Positions 62,963-64,000 of a stretch of 64,000 nucleotides of DNA are shown in pieces. The position numbers and the translations under genes were made by a program. The number at the start of each line of letters is the position of its first letter. Position 1 is the stretch's first letter. The notes beneath the pieces are model-generated. The model made no database searches. It saw only the letters and a program-made list of their open reading frames with translations, and was not told the origin of the DNA. Origin of the DNA: Patescibacteria group bacterium (GTDB taxonomy: Bacteria > Patescibacteriota > Minisyncoccia > HO2-45-28). The DNA is taken from assembly GCA_038064075.1 (NCBI GenBank), contig JBBTTU010000004.1:647-64646 (forward strand), written 5' to 3'.

Positions 62963-64000
62963 ATGAAGACTAAAATTATCGTTACTCTCGGCCCCGCGAC
63001 CGGAAATTTGGGAGACCTGCTTAAAATGCGCGCCCGCGGCGTTGATTTTGTGCGCATCAACATGTCCCATTCAACGCTGGAGGACTTGAAATATTTTATT
63101 GATTTATCAAAAAAAGCCGGCATCCCGTTTATTATTGACACCGAAGGCTCCCAGATAAGGAGCGGCGGTTTGGAGGGAGGAAGAGTTTATTTTAATGAAA
63201 ACGATGAATTGCGCCTTTTTGGCGACGACGGCGGCGGGCCGCGCGGAGATAAAAGCAGGATTTTTCTAAAACCGAAAGAAATAATATCGCAGCTTGAGGA
63301 AGGAGACATTCTTTATATGGATTTTGACGCTCTGGTTTTGCGCGTCTCGGATGTTTCTCCGCAAACAGACGGTTCCATTGCGGCAAAAGTGATTTCCGGA
63401 GGATATCTGGGCGGCAACAAGGGCGTTGTTATAGATTCGGCAATGAACAAAAATTATGATTTGCCGGTTCTCTCACCGAAGGATTATCAGTCCATAGAAT
63501 TGGGTTTGCAAGAAAATGTCGGTTATATAGCGGCTTCTTTTATGCGTTCCGGAAGTTTTGTGGACAAGGTTAGAAAGGCCGCAAAAGGCAAAATGAAAAT
63601 AATTTCAAAGATAGAATGTCGGGACGGTTTAAATAATCTTGATGAAATTATCGCTAAGTCGGATTTCATATTAATAGACCGGGGCGATTTGAGCAAAGAA
63701 GTGCCGATTGAAGAAATCCCGATTTTGCAGAAAGAAATCATCGCGAGGTCTAAAAAGTCGGGCAAAGGCGTTTTTGTGGCAACCAATCTTTTGGAAACAA
63801 TGATTAAAGAAAAGAAGCCGACCCGCGCCGAGGTTTGCGATGTCGTAAATACCGTCTGGGACGGCGCTTACGGTTTGACGCTGGCCGCGGAAACCGCGAT
63901 CGGAAAACATCCGATAGAGAGCATTAATGTTTTAAACGCTTTAATTTCGCAGGCCGAATCGGGATCAGGAGAAAAGTATCTGATCCCTCCGCATGGCGGC
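62963..64000 (+). CDS. pyk: Pyruvate kinase (3'-truncated at the window edge).
   Basis: 'IIVTLGPATGNL', 'VDFVRINMSHS', 'IISKIECRDGLNNLDEIIAKSDFILIDRGDLSKEVP', 'VFVATNLLETMI'. The frame is open to the end of the window. Confidence 0.85.
   Translation, partial: MKTKIIVTLGPATGNLGDLLKMRARGVDFVRINMSHSTLEDLKYFIDLSKKAGIPFIIDTEGSQIRSGGLEGGRVYFNENDELRLFGDDGGGPRGDKSRIFLKPKEIISQLEEGDILYMDFDALVLRVSDVSPQTDGSIAAKVISGGYLGGNKGVVIDSAMNKNYDLPVLSPKDYQSIELGLQENVGYIAASFMRSGSFVDKVRKAAKGKMKIISKIECRDGLNNLDEIIAKSDFILIDRGDLSKEVPIEEIPILQKEIIARSKKSGKGVFVATNLLETMIKEKKPTRAEVCDVVNTVWDGAYGLTLAAETAIGKHPIESINVLNALISQAESGSGEKYLIPPHGG

Noticed and set aside
62932-63141. 69-aa minus-strand ORF at the pyk start.
   Set aside because: It overlaps the promoter and the strongly supported N-terminus of pyruvate kinase on the plus strand. 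AT-rich spurious frame.
1-64000. CRISPR arrays, rRNA or tRNA genes, IS elements or transposases.
   Set aside because: I saw no regularly spaced direct repeats with unique spacers, no tRNA-like cloverleaf candidates in the very short intergenic regions, and no transposase or integrase motifs. Not searched computationally.

Overview
This 64-kb window is densely packed, almost entirely coding, with short intergenic regions and frequent 4-8-nt gene overlaps (ATGA-type coupling). Its content looks like a Candidate Phyla Radiation / Patescibacteria-type genome: TPR-fused O-antigen-ligase-like protein, many GT4 and GT-C glycosyltransferases, soluble TraG/VirD4-like ATPases, small excisionase-type HTH proteins. 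I detected no rRNA, tRNA, CRISPR array, integrase or transposase by eye.

Layout:
1. 5' partial gene for a Cys/Ser-rich surface protein with a fibronectin-III domain, then an excisionase-type HTH gene.
2. Housekeeping block: O-antigen-ligase-like+TPR, MurJ flippase, TsaC/Sua5, and a sigma-70-region-4/HARE-HTH protein.
3. Compact five-gene module at about 7.0-12.6 kb: two membrane proteins (one with a HEPN-like Rx4H motif), a possible zinc-ribbon ORF or frameshifted tail, and two paralogous soluble VirD4/TraG-type P-loop ATPases, one ending in a zinc ribbon and a disordered K/P/E tail. There is no other conjugation machinery in the window. This is the most unusual part and a candidate undescribed system.
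4. About 50 kb of envelope-glycan island (12.5-62.8 kb). It contains about 10 GT-B glycosyltransferases (8 of them GT4, one fused to a GtrA domain), three GT2 polyprenyl-phosphate-sugar synthases, seven PMT_2-like or novel GT-C membrane enzymes (including two tandem paralog pairs), a Wzx flippase, a YfhO-like protein, two AsnB-type amidotransferases, seven class-I SAM methyltransferases, two zinc-ribbon sugar C-methyltransferases, an FdtA-like isomerase with a DegT aminotransferase, GDP-mannose 4,6-dehydratase, a CDP-paratose-epimerase-like SDR, a nucleotide-sugar dehydrogenase, and GMC and Gfo/Idh/MocA oxidoreductases.
5. 3' partial pyruvate kinase gene.

Other notable details: a 7-bp x4 + A8 simple-sequence repeat inside a GT4 gene, an 85-bp convergent gene overlap, and a perfect bidirectional terminator hairpin. 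All functional calls rest on motif recognition by eye; no database search was run.
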